A stretch of DNA of 64,000 bases from Octopus vulgaris (GCA_951406725.2 OX597820.1:53816001-53880000), one strand, 5' to 3'; counted from the stretch's first letter, positions 27,499 through 41,295 are shown. The notes: generated by a model not told the origin, from the letters alone. Numbers and translations are program-made.

Positions 27499-28216
27499 TA
27501 TATTATAAAAATACTTATGTCTTCTAACTTTTATACTTTTATTACGCATGCTAAACACTGCTCTTGTATATATATATATATATATATATATATGCAGAGA
27601 GAGAGAGAGAGAGAGAAGTTGAGTGCGTGTGTACATGAACTTAAGTATTAGAAAGCGAACACAAAGACCAAATTTGTTAATGTTGCTTCTTAATTTGTTG
27701 AATATTGATTTATTTAGTAATATTTTAAGGTAATAAACATTTATCTTTTCTAGAAAATCAGTATTCACTTCCACGTCCAGTAAGTTCGCCGTTTTTCCTT
27801 TGATTCTTTGATTTATTCATTTTGTTTTTTCAATAAAATAATTTTTAACTATTAATGGTGAGATACTATGGGTGTATTTTCTCAGTAAACTTTCTTCACG
27901 GTGAACTTCCTTCGCGCTGAACTTTTTGCGCGGTGAAGTTAACTGCAATCATTCACTTCATAAATTTTTGTATGCGTAACGAAAGTTTATGAAGTTTAAG
28001 TTATATTTTTTCTATGTATGATATGTATTATGATGTCAGCCCTGACGGTAAAATATGTTTATAAAGTCCAAGATTGTATATATTTCCCTCGTGAGCACAA
28101 TAATGTGCTAACTTAGAATAAGAAAATTTCGAAAACTAAGTTAAGTACACACACACACACACATACACATATATATGGAGAGAGAGAGAGAGAGAGAGAG
28201 AAAGAAAGAGAGAGTA

Positions 28217-28267
<51 letters not shown>

Positions 28268-28904
28268 CAAAGTGTGATAAGTGGAATGCACGAAACTCTC
28301 GAGCCATGAGTATCATCTCTAAATAACTGTGTGTGTGTATACATATATAAACATATATATATATATATAAAACATATATATATATATACACACATCATCT
28401 ATCTATATATATCATCTATATATATATATAGATGATGTGTGTATATATATATATATGTTTTATATATACACATAGATACAGATTCACACACGAATACAGG
28501 CACGCACACACACACACACATACACACACACATATGTATATATGTTCGCGGGCATGTGTTTGTACACACGTGTGTGTGTGTGTGTGTGTATTTTTGTGCG
28601 CCCATATTAGACTATGTGTGTGAGTGTGGAGGGGATATGTGTGTATCTACGTGAAATGATTTCGAATACAAAGATGTTGGCAAACAGAAAGAACAAATTA
28701 TAAATGAATATATGATAGATAAAAAGTATAGCGTTTTGAATGAGCATCAGGGGGTAAAGATGAAAGAAGGTCTTGAGGCAACCGAATCAATAATAAGATA
28801 TAAAGAAATATATCAGAATGATGTTTACGGTGTGTTTTTGGCAGGTGGCGAGATTAAGTGGATAAAAGTGTAGTACGTGTGTGTGTGTGTACACACACAC
28901 ACAC

Positions 28905-28964
<60 letters not shown>

Positions 28965-29974
28965 AATTGAACGTATATACATATATATATATGTATGAAT
29001 TGAACGTATATACATATATATGAGCGTGTGTATGTGTGTGTATGCATGTATACATATAAGTACGTATATATATAATTGAAGAAATAGCTTATTGATTTGT
29101 TATTTGTATTTCCTTAGATGCGTGTGTGTAATATATACATGCATATATATATATGTATGTGTGTGTGTATGTGTGTATATATATATTACATATATATATG
29201 TGTGTGTGTGTATATATATATATGTATATATGTATATATATATTTGCGTGCGTATTTGTGTGTGTATAAATGATAACTTTGTGTATATTTATATGTATGT
29301 GCACGCAGACACACATACAAACACACACACTCACTCACACATATACATATATGCATATACATAAATATGCATAGAGACACACATACAGACATACATACAT
29401 CAATTCCTTTGGACAACCAGATCATAGCATAGCATATCACACCACTACAGCTTAATTAAAATCTGCTATGTTGTCTTGCATGAACTTAACAGAAAACTCA
29501 TTTGAGAGCCGACTTTACTAATATATGAGCTCCTTCAAACATCATCACAAAAAAAGAAATGAACAGCACATAGCGGCAACAGAAGATCTCGCAGAAAAGA
29601 AATAAGACAGGGATGAGTTTACTGTTAATGCATTGTTTATCTTGTCAGAAGCACTCGATTCATTATTATTCAAAATCGTATAATATATGTTTAACTGAAA
29701 AATATCATATATCACTCAACACCAATAATGAATCAACTAATCTCATCTCGCAAACTTATGAAATGTCTGTGATTTCTTTTCAGAGGAATGGAGAAATCAC
29801 GTTTGGCTTCATAAATCACATAAAATTCTGCCATATTACGTTGTATTCAACAACTATAACAGTAGTTCGTGGAATATTGGTGTGTCCAAATTGTTGGATG
29901 TACACAAGAAATGATGGCACGGAGAAAACTAACTGCAAATAATACATGTATGTATATGGTGGGTTGGACTCGTG

Positions 29975-30020
<46 letters not shown>

Positions 30021-30021
<1 letters not shown>

Positions 30022-30320
30022 TAATGTAGGATAACATTTTTTTTGAAAAAAATTTTTATCAATGGCCAGCATATAAAAAAATACCTTTGAAGGTTAAATT
30101 TATTAAAAAAGACTTATAAAATAAGGGCAAAGGAAAAACTCTAATGCCAAATATGTCTAAAATAGACAAAATTGTCAATAACCATTATAATTTATGCGTC
30201 TCGAAACAAGCCGAAAGAAATTTCTAAAAAATTCCGTTATTACTGTATGGTCCCAATTTCAGAGTTAATTCATAAGAATTGTCCCCCCCTCAACGGTAAA
30301 TACGTAAGACATAAATGAAA
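30021..30320. repeat. (TA)n-adjacent interspersed repeat, possibly a Penelope-like terminal unit
   Basis: First ~70 bp match the reverse complement of 49250-49322; both copies abut (TA)n. Confidence 0.5.
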
Positions 30321-30443
30321 TACTTACTCATACTCATGGAAAAAGCAAGCACTAAGTCTTAGTGCTTGCATTAAGACTTAGTGCTTGCATTAAGACTTAG
30401 TGCTTGCATTAAGACTTAGTGCTTGCTTTTTCCATGAGTATGA

Positions 30444-30489
<46 letters not shown>

Positions 30490-30491
<2 letters not shown>

Positions 30492-30650
30492 GACGGATTT
30501 CTTTCAGTTTCCGTCTACCAAATCTACTCACAAGAGTTTGGTCGGTCCAAGGTTATAATAGAAGACTTTCCAAAGGTGCCATGCAGTGGGACTGAATCTG
30601 GAACCATGTGGTTGGGAAGCAAGCTTCTTACCACACAGCCACGCTTGCAC
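30490..30650 (-). mobile_element. tRNA-derived SINE 5' half
   Basis: Reverse complement of the family head at 54877-55040. Confidence 0.75.
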
Positions 30651-31600
30651 CTATATTGTCATCGTTTCTAGGTTTTATCATTGGTTCGTTATAAAAAGGC
30701 CTGGCCTGGGGCTAAACAATAGCATTATCAGCCTCATTACCATCTATAACACCAATAAATCTTTATCTTGCAGTTTCCCCTTACACTGTAGTAAATAAAT
30801 GTAATATCTTAAATTTGGCATGTAATTCTCTATTGCAATAGCGTATAGACACACATATACAGAAATGTAATTCTTTGCATTAGAATTGCCTTCAGCAATT
30901 TCAATAAAAACGAATTACATAATTTCTAAAATTTTCTAAAAAGATTTTTGTTTCCAAACTTCAGACAAGATAAGAAATTTTAAGAATATATATTACCTTT
31001 CCTTTCCCTTTCTAAAATCAATACCTCAATAACGAAAGAACAACATTCATTTGCCCGTAAAAATATAAATGAGCTTTTAAAGCAACCAGTTATTTGATTG
31101 AGGTCATAACACGTTACTAATATGTCTTCCCTTTCTCTGGTGTTTCAATTTTACATTCAGCAAAACAAAATCTTTCTAACAAGATTTAAACTCCGATAGT
31201 GTGAGTCAAATGTTTTGATTATGTGATTTTCGTTCTACCTATTTGGTGAATTCTCTTTTCTTTGTACAGATGAGGAAAATAAAGTTATATTACGTGTTTT
31301 ATTAAGGAGGGGACGAAGTTTTACCGAATGTCTAATGCTGTGCAACTTTCCCCGTTACAATTCACACTATATTTACATCATTTTTAAGTGATTAGCAACT
31401 GGTTGGAATATTTCACTCGGGTTTTTAGGTGTGGGTTGTGTCTAGTATATTGCACCATTCTGTTCTTTACTTTATGTGTTTTCAACTATCACGTAAAGAA
31501 GATTATGTTCCCCAATTTAAACACTTCACACCCAGTATAGCAGCAATGATTTATGACTGGTAGATTTCATGTGACTTTGATTATAACACCTTGGTGGGGC

Positions 31601-33167
31601 GGAGTGTGAACGTTATTCCCTGGCTAAAAATCTGGTTCGAAGGCTTGCAATAATGTCACGTTGTAACCCTTTAGAATGAACCGGGTAATGGATTAAATCT
31701 ACCACTCAAAAGTGGGGCAGTCTCTCTTTAAAACTTCCACAGTGTTTCTATCAGTTGAATGAATTTGGCTCACGAGGCTTTGATTAGCGAGATTTCTCTG
31801 TTAGAAAGCACTTTCGCCGAGAGATTGAACGTCAAAAACCAGGTAGTTCACGTAGTTTTATCTGCTGTTAATGTTGTTGTTTATGTTGCTGTTATTATGC
31901 ATGATACTTTGATGCTTTTTGCGGAGTACATACACTCTGACGCAAACATTCAGGTCAAATTTCGGGTCTGGTTATATTTCTTTCTTTCCTTTCACCAGTC
32001 TTGCAGACCCTGAAAGCGTTATTTTGCGGCCGTTCTTCCTCTGATTAACCAGTTTAAAACAACGCTCACGCGGTTTAATTCATTCTGCTTATTACAATTT
32101 TAAATTCCTTTCGACCTAGCCGAGAATTTGTCCTGCCCGGAAAGGATCGAGGTGGTTTTTAAAATTCTCGTCTCGGTCTTCTAGGAATACTTTTAACCGA
32201 CACTATCATCGCCTTAACATGTATAACCTTATCTCGAAATGACAAATATCTAAGCTGACCTCAACAGGATTTGAACTCAAAGTGCTGAAAATCAGAACAT
32301 AACAAGACATTATCCGACGCCAATTCGCCACCTAAATCCTTTATCCAGTCAGCCATTTGGTTTGACAGAAAGCAATGTTCTATTCAACTTGGATGAATAT
32401 ACCTAGGTTTTGAAACCGTTTAAATTTACATCACAGTTTTCTCGCAATAAAACAAAGATCCAAGCGAGGCAAAGAAATCCATTATCACAGATAGAAAAAG
32501 GATAGTGGATTGGCGGAATCAGTAGGATGTTAGATAAAATGTCCAGTGGTATATTTTCCAGTTCCTTACGTCCTGATTTCGAATATCGCTGACATTATTT
32601 GCAAATTCCATTGTTATGTATTTGATGAAAATAAAGTAACAGTCGAATACTAGAATCGATGCATTCAAATAACAGCCTTATTATCTTATTTCTGGCCTTG
32701 TGCCTATGTCAGAAACTATTTTAACTGTAGTTGTTATTGTTGCAGCAATATGGAAGAAAAACATGGGAAATATTTTGATCTTTAGATATCGTTGTGTATG
32801 TGAGTGTTGTGTAGCTGTGTTATTAGAAGAGAAGCAAAGCTTATGACCTTTGGAGCTTATGACCTTTGCATTTTCTCTAAGATTTAGGCGTTGATGGGGA
32901 GTGTGAACGTTATTCCCTGACTAAAAATCTGGTTCGAATGCTTGCAATAGTGTCACGTTGTAACCCGATATAATGAACCGGATAACGAACTAAGTGTACC
33001 ACTCAAAACTTGCGAAGTCCCTCCTCAAAACTTTCACAAGTTTTCTATCTGTTGAATGAATTTTGCCCATAAGGCTTTGATTGACTCGAAAATGTTATGT
33101 TAGAATGCACTTGCGCCGAGGGATTGAACGTCAATAACCATGTAGTTCTTGTAGTTGTATTTACTGC
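31601..33167. repeat. Pair of diverged ~270-bp direct repeats (31601-31867 and 32898-33167)
   Basis: Both begin GGAGTGTGAACGTTATTCCCTG(G/A)CTAAAAATCTGGTTCGAA and stay alignable to GATTGAACGTCAA.AACCA.GTAGTT. Confidence 0.85.
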
Positions 33168-33354
33168 TGCTATTGCAGCTGTCGTCTTCTTCTTCTTCTT
33201 CTTCCAATCAGGACTCACGTCATTAGCCACAAAGAATAATCTCCAATTCAAGCCTACTCTAAGCTACTAAGGATTCGCAATCTAGACTAGGGTCTGAAAG
33301 TTTACCACACCATAGTGGGTTACACCATGGTTCCTCTGCTTTGTGGTAGAAGTA

Positions 33355-33510
33355 GTAAGAAAGAGTGAGAGAAAGTTGTGGTGAAAGACTACAGCGGAGC
33401 TCAGGTGTTTTTGCTCAATAAACACTCACAATGCCTGGTCTGAGAATCGAAACTGCGTTCTTACGACCGCGAGTCCGTTACCCTAACCACTGGGCCATTA
33501 CGTCTCCACA
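33355..33510 (-). mobile_element. tRNA-derived SINE fragment
   Basis: Homologous to 3612-3896. Confidence 0.7.
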
Positions 33511-33544
33511 CTGCTGCTGTTACTAATGTTACATTTGTTATACT

Positions 33545-33832
33545 GACATTCGGCTGACGATCGTAAGGTCGTTATTTCGATTCCCGGCGGCGAGTTGTGT
33601 CCTTGAGCAAGACATTTTATTTCATGTTCCTCCTGTCCACTCAGCTGACAAAAATGAGTAGTACCTGTATTCCAAAAGCTGTCACACTCTGTGTCACGCT
33701 GAATCTCCCTGAGAACTACGTTAAAGGAACGCGTGTCTGGGAACTACTTAGCCACTAGCACGTTAATTTCACGAGCAGGCTGCTCCATAGATCGGATCAT
33801 CTGGAACCCTCGTCGTAACCGACGAAGTGCCA
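33545..33832 (+). mobile_element. CORE-type SINE
   Basis: TTCGATTCCC B box, then GTGTCCTTGAGCAAGACATTTTATTTCA..CACTCAGCTG..AATGAGTA CORE-like block. Confidence 0.7.
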
Positions 33833-34264
33833 CTATACTGATATTACCAATGAAGGGATTTTTATCGTTACTTTTTGCAGTTTTTCTATTTATTTATTTC
33901 GTGGTCGTCGCTGCTGTTGTTACTGTTTCGTTGTTACATCCAAACGTCATTCTGTAACAATAGTTATACTAATATTAACACAAACTTGTCGACAGTTCTT
34001 GTATAAAAGAAAGGGATGTATGTTTTTCTTCATCTTTTTTTTCTTTTTTATTTCATCTGTCTTCGCTCGAAATCAATAAACACCACTACAATGGAGGCCC
34101 TGAGAAAAACAAACCAGCCAGCATCGCAACTTACAGGTCAGGAATCAAACATGATGACCACCAGACAGATACAAGAGCGGCGCAAAAATAAATCTTAAAA
34201 TCCCAACACCACCATGAACTTCTTATAACTAAGAAGGACGTGCTGTGTAGAGAAGGTTGTAGCT

Positions 34265-34554
34265 GCAATGGCGGTGGTGGCGGTGGTAGTGGGGAATGGT
34301 GATGGGGATAGTAGTGGTGATGGAGGTGAGTGATTGTGGTGGTGGTTGTGGGTGATGGCGGTGAGTGATGGTCGTGGTAGCAGTGGGGGTTTTTATGGTG
34401 GGTATGGTGGTAGTGATGGTTATAGTGGTGATGGTGGTAATAGTGGTAGTCGTGATGATGGATGGTTTTGCGAGATATTGTATGTAATATGCGGTGATGG
34501 TTGTGTAGATGCAGTTGCTATTGTTGTTCAGATGATGATGATAGCTGTGATGGC

Positions 34555-34611
<57 letters not shown>

Positions 34612-35165
34612 TCTTGTTGTTCTTGTTGTCATGGTGTTGGTGGTGATGGTGGTGGTGGAAATGGTAGTGACGATGAAGATCGTGATTGTAGTTAATGTTA
34701 CTGCAAATGGTAGCAGGTGGTTTGGATGGTAGTGGTGTTCGTTGTAGTTAGAAGTCATCATATGGTGATGGTGATGGTGGTGCTGGTGCTGGTGATGGTG
34801 ATGCTAGTGGTAGCGGTGACAGTGGTGGTGCCAGAGGTGGTGGCAGAGGTGGTGGAGGAGGTGATTGTGGTGGTGGTGGCAGTGATGGTGACGGTGGCGG
34901 CGGCAGTGATTGAGGTTACGGTGGCGGTGGTGGTGGTAATGGTGATAGTGGGCATGGTGGTAGTGGCGATGGTAGCTATGTAATAGTGGTGATAATAGTG
35001 GTGATAGTGATGATGGTGGTGGTGGTGGTGGTGGTGATGATGATGGTGAAGGTGATGGTGATTGTGGTGGTGGTAATGGTGGTATTTATAGCGGTGGTGG
35101 TGTTTATGGTGGTGGTGGTGGTTGTGATGGTGGTGGTGGTGGTGGTGGTGATGGTAATGTAATAG
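34265..35165. repeat. Degenerate (GGT/GTA/GAT)n trinucleotide region
   Basis: Directly visible. Confidence 0.9.
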
Positions 35166-35361
35166 AGAAAGCGGCAAAAAGCGGCTAGGCAGCCAATCAG
35201 ACGGAGAAGCGATGTAGGAGGGAAACAGGAAAATAAATAGATATAAAGAAATCTAGCGAAAAAACATGGACGAAAATATTGGCAAACGCACAAATATCAG
35301 AGAGGGAGGGTGATGCTGACGCGCTGAAAGGAAGAGATAAATATAGAGCGACCAACATACA

Positions 35362-35456
<95 letters not shown>

Positions 35457-35744
35457 TATATATATATTCCTGTGTGTAACTGTGTGTCATTGCGCGCGTG
35501 TATCTATGTATGCATATAAATATACGCACATATATATATATATATATATAGATATATATATATAAACATATATGTATATATATACATACACACACATATA
35601 TATATATATGTATGTATGTATGTATGTATATATATATATATATATATATAAATGATAGTCAAAACAAATAGAGAAATGAACGTCTATAAATCATAACGAA
35701 AGACATTTAAGATGTATATATAAGTATGTGTATATATATATATA

Positions 35745-35791
<47 letters not shown>

Positions 35792-35899
35792 ACACGCATA
35801 CACACACACTCACACATAGATGAGTGTGTGTGGAAGGAAGGACTATACACATAGAAGCTCACACCCACTCCCACATACATATAATAATATTTTATATAC

Positions 35900-35934
<35 letters not shown>

Positions 35935-36072
35935 AACATATACATGCATATCGAAATTTTGAGGAGTTTTGGCCGACAACTGATGAGAGATGAGCGTGCC
36001 TACGCCATTTGTCTGTCTGTGTTGTCTCTCCTATCTTGTGTTTTTTGGCTTTCCACACTGGGTGTGTGTGTA

Positions 36073-36103
<31 letters not shown>

Positions 36104-36122
36104 GGCACACACGCACTCACAT

Positions 36123-36169
<47 letters not shown>

Positions 36170-36248
36170 TATATATATATACATATTTATATATATATAC
36201 ACTACAATTGTTTTCGTTCCAGCACACGATCTCAGATCAAGTCACTCG

Positions 36249-36298
<50 letters not shown>

Positions 36299-36607
36299 GA
36301 AGAAAACAATTCTGTAATTTCTTGCTGAAGAGCCTACACAAATGATTTGGTTGTAGTGATCAAATATTTGCGCTGGACATTAGCTCACTCCTTCATGAAA
36401 CCGACGTTGCCTGAACAAGGTGTGCGGTGCTGCACACGTCAGGTGTCGATGTGCAACGTGAGATGAAGTTTGTTTTTTTTACCTCAAAAGACAACACACC
36501 ACCTGGTCCAGGAATTGAAACTACGATCTCCAGATCGTGAGTTCAACACTCTAACCACTAGATTATACATATCTGACGCTTCCAAAATTTTCTATATATA
36601 TATATAC

Positions 36608-36890
36608 TCTTTTACTCTTTTACTTGTTTCAATCATTTGACTGTGGCCATGCAGGAGCACCGCCTTTAGTCGAGCCTTTACTTATTCTATCAGTCTCTTT
36701 TGCCGCACAAACATATACACACACATATATATACATATTTTCAGTTTCCGTCAACCAAATCCACTCACGTGGCTTTGGTCGGCCCGAGGCTATAGTAAAA
36801 GACACTTGCCCAAGGTGCCACGCAGTGGGAATGAACCCGGAACCATGTGGTTGGTAAGTAAGCTACTTACCACACAGCCACTCCTGCGCC
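36608..36890 (-). mobile_element. tRNA-derived SINE (internally deleted)
   Basis: Reverse complement of the 59728-60173 family, with head and tail both present. Confidence 0.8.
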
Positions 36891-37260
36891 TATATATATA
36901 TATATATTTATTTTTTATATGCTCCTATATGTATATATATTTATATATGTTTTATATATTTTTATATGCCTATATTTTTATATACCTATATATTACTTAT
37001 ATTATATTTTACTTTCTACGTCCTTTTATAAATGTATTCTCTTTGAATCGCTAGAATATTAATTCTAAGTTTTAATGATAAGAATTTTTCTCGCACCATA
37101 CCATATTATTATTATTACGTGCTGTACATATGAATTTTGTTCCATCTTGCGGGTTATATGTTTATTCTATAATTAAATGTTCGAATTATGAAATGACATG
37201 CGGTTGACTTTGTATTTGCTTGTTCAATGATTTTAGTTTGATATATATAATAATATACAC

Positions 37261-37307
<47 letters not shown>

Positions 37308-37904
37308 ATATATAAATATATGCATATATACATACATATATGTACACACCTACATATATATGTATATCTACATGCATATATAGGTACAGGACATCAAGAA
37401 AACTTAGAACACAATGAGAAACGAAAACATAAAAACAAAAACATAGAAACGAACTTTTTTTGGAACAACGAAAAAACCAGAGAAACGAGACATACAACAT
37501 AAAGAATATTCCCCTTCTTCAGTTGTCCCTGTTTCATCTACTCCGCTACATATCCTACGTACGTTTCTCGTCACTCGCAAGCATATCTTGTTAGTATGTA
37601 CGATGGATATTCGCTGGATGTTTTTAAGTGGTTATGCAGTCGCGAACAGACTTAGATACCCTGTCAGCCGTCTTATTGTTGGTCGAGTGAAACTTTGAGA
37701 ATGTGTCAGCTGGAAGGGTTGGAGTTACACCAGCACTCAGGTGGCGCGTGACGTTCATTTGCCATTCGTGTAGACAGAAACAACGTAAAAGGAAGTAACC
37801 TGCTCCAGGACACAACGAACTAACTTGTGCTCGAACCGAAATCTACGACGGACTGATTTTGAATCCAACAATCTAACCACTACGCAATGCGGTTTTAAGC
37901 AAGC

Positions 37905-39211
37905 ATCACTACCACCACAACTACCACCACCGTTACTATCTCCGCTACAACCACCACCTCCACACCATTAAATCAATCAAAACCACCACTACCATACCAC
38001 ACCGTTCACTCAAACACCACCCCAAACTTCCACACCACCATCCCATTATACCATAAGACCATTATCACCGCCGCCATCCCGCATTAAAAATTCTACCACC
38101 ATTACCGCTACCATCCCACATTGAAACTACCACCATTATCATCACCACCACCACAATCACCACCACCACCACAATCACCACCACCACAACCATTACCACC
38201 ACCGTCAGCACCACCATCATCTTCACCACAATCACCACCACTACCATCACCATCAACAACACCGCCATCACCACCACCATCACCACCATCATCTCCATCA
38301 CCACCACCACCACCATCGCCACCACAAACATCACCATCATCAACATGACCACTACCACTATCACCACCACCATCACCACCATCATCACCAACACCACCGC
38401 CTTCAAATTCAAAATCATCACCCCCATTTTCTCCTTTACCACCCCGTTTACTCCATTTACTAGCACCACCACATCCTTCATCACAGCCAACACCATCGCC
38501 ACCGTAACCGCTACCACCACCTTCACATTCATTACCACCATGCCCATCCCTCCCACCACCATCGTATTACTGAAAGCTTTTAACCTGATTGACAACTTTA
38601 CAATTCTGCCAAAATCCTATTATTGTGCATTTAACACAAGGAACACTACCACCCAAACACCACAAGCACCACCGCCACTACAACATTAACGCTACCAACA
38701 CAACAATGCTGAAACATACTTATACTGCAACAACATCTACCGCATATAGTACCAGTAATAATACTACTCCTACAACAAAAATACCACTACTGTACTACAA
38801 CTACCACAACACCATTAACTTATAACACCACTAGGACACTACCGCCACTACCAACATTTTTAATACTACTACTATTACTGCTATTACAGAAATGCTATAT
38901 ATCTACTACCTGTGGCAACACCACTACCAGTACAACATCACAAACTATACAACGACGACATTAACACTGCAATAAGACGTGGACTAGCAATACTGTGGAT
39001 ACAACAGTGATGAATTACGGCCACAACATCACAACATTATCAACGTAACTACAACGCCACTAGCACCGATACAATACCACCAACAATACTACAACAATAA
39101 CAACAATATTACTACAACCACATCATGCTATCAACACAGTTACAACACCGCAATGTCGTTGCAATGCTACTACTATTACTACCTCTAGTAGTAGTAGTAA
39201 CAGTAGTAGTA

Positions 39212-39285
<74 letters not shown>

Positions 39286-39308
39286 GGTGGTGGTGGTGGT
39301 GGTGGTTA

Positions 39309-39388
<80 letters not shown>

Positions 39389-39660
39389 CAATGACATTAC
39401 TGCCAAACGTCACCAAAACTACCAGTACAGTACTATAACTCCAACACTGTTAACTGCTACACATTAACACCTTAAGATCGCTATAACACCAGTACTGAGC
39501 CAACAAGAGCAGCAGCACCATTACCACACCTGCGCATATACTATTACAATATCGACTCTACTACAACACGAGTAACACCACCTTAACATCCCTAAACCAA
39601 GTACAATACACAATACTGTAATACCAACACTACTAACTACGACAATACCAACACTATTTT
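37905..39660. repeat. Degenerate (ACC/ACT/AAC)n region with embedded (GTA)n block at 39185-39388
   Basis: Directly visible. Confidence 0.9.
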
Positions 39661-39683
39661 ATCAGTACTAGGGTAAAACGGTA

Positions 39684-40462
39684 AAGGCCCCTTTCGATTA
39701 TGAATGAGCATGGGATTGCACCTAGAAAGTTACCCTCCAAGGCACATGTCCCAGCTGCGAAAATTTCTTTTCCCACGAGAGTTCCGGACCTTAGTTATGA
39801 ACTCATTTGCATACAGCCAATCAGAGTTCGAATATCAAACTAATTCATGAGCGCATATCAAGTGATAGGCGATAAGATAAGGTCACTTGGGTAAGGAATG
39901 ACCATGCTTCTTTTTTCTCTTTTAATAATGCTTCTTCATCTTGTTCTTGTTTCAACCATGTCTGCCTCTGTGTACATATTTGTGTTGTTTACTTTGTAAA
40001 ACAGTAAGGGGAGAGGGTTGCTAGCACGTCACCCTCTGCCCACATTTTTCCCATCCACATCTTTACCATATGGGGCCCTAAAAAAATCCGATAATAGGTA
40101 TAGATCCTACATCACCAGTTCTGCTTACCAAAAGTGGCCCACTTGACACCGTGCATTCGTCAAATTACTTGTCTCCTTCTACAATCAGGCATAACTCGGC
40201 AAGATTGTTTATGGAAGACCAGAAGTCGCCCATGCATACCAGCATAACACTACTGATGTTATCCAAGGGAAAAGCAATAGCCGACACAGCTTGGCACCAG
40301 TGACGTAGCAACTCATTTCTACAGCTGAGTGAACTGGAGCAAGAAGAAATAAAATGTCTTGCTCAAGACATGAGCACAACACACAGCCCGAACTGGGAAT
40401 CGATCTCACTACCTCGTGCTTCTGAGCCAGACACTCTAATCACTGAGCCATGCGTCTTCACA
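39684..40462 (-). mobile_element. CORE-type SINE split by a ~440-bp insertion
   Basis: 39684-39751 and ~40187-40462 are reverse complements of consecutive parts of 22619-22926. Confidence 0.75.
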
Positions 40463-40621
40463 GTACTACAACACCACTAACACTACTACAACGGCAGAAC
40501 CACTAACTACTAGAGCATCAACACTACAACAACAGCACCAGTACAACTAAAACGCTACTACAGCACCAGCAATCCCATCACTATAACATTTGCTCAATCT
40601 CTAGAACGGCAGCAACACTAA

Positions 40622-40837
40622 GACAGGCTGCTGAAAAGTTCATGGCTTTATGTAAAAGAGAAGACACAATTCTCAGTGAATTATGATTTTAATAAACATT
40701 TTTCTCTCTCATATTCACACACTTATTGCAGAGGTCCTTCAGTTTTTCTAAGACGTGTAAGAGAACGCAGAACTTTGGGACTCTAGCCAGACCTTTCGCG
40801 AAACACTTAAAGCCAGGAACTTTTCAGCACCCCTCGT
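40622..40837 (-). mobile_element. Mariner-derived MITE
   Basis: TIRs GCTGAAAAGTTCATGGCTTT / AAAGCCAGGAACTTTTCAGC; minus-strand interior [20 protein letters not shown]; homologous to 72-279. Confidence 0.75.
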
Positions 40838-40885
40838 GTATACATATGTATATATATATATACATATATATATATATTGATTTCA

Positions 40886-40951
<66 letters not shown>

Positions 40952-41117
40952 GTATGTATGTATATATGTATATATATATATATATATATACATATATACA
41001 ATAAAAGCAATTAAGATTCAAGTCAATTCTAATGAATTTACTTGAATGCGGTACTTAACTTAGATGCACCAGAAAACTATATGGTGTTAACCATACAGTA
41101 ATGTGGGGTGATTATAA

Positions 41118-41293
41118 ACGAGAAAGAAGCAACAAGAATGGATTAGTTTTTAGTACAATTGTTTCATACAAAGACAGGCTTTATTAAAAGTTGCAAATAT
41201 TTATCTGCTGCAATATTTGCAACTTTTAATAAAGCCTGTCTTTGTATGAAACAATTGTACTAAAAACTAATCCATTCTTGTTGCTTCTTTCTC

Positions 41294-41295
<2 letters not shown>
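41118..41295. repeat. Perfect 84-bp inverted repeat with 10-nt spacer
   Basis: 41118-41201 is the reverse complement of 41212-41295; spacer TATCTGCTGC. Confidence 0.95.

Noticed and set aside
27884-27942. Three to four degenerate ~16-bp repeats (CGGTGAACTT..)
   Set aside because: Too short and degenerate to assign; possibly a transposon subterminal remnant.
28362-28468. Inverted repeat around a TA-rich centre
   Set aside because: Arms are mostly self-complementary (TA)/(CA)/(TG) microsatellite, so information content is low.
31601-33167. Possible LTR pair of a small retroelement
   Set aside because: No TG..CA termini, PBS, polypurine tract or TSD visible; kept only as a direct repeat.
35979-35995. 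Isolated CTGATGA/CTGAAGA motifs (also ~4755, ~7999, ~8778, ~10431)
   Set aside because: No downstream helix II plus GAAA and NUH in proper geometry; not callable as hammerheads.
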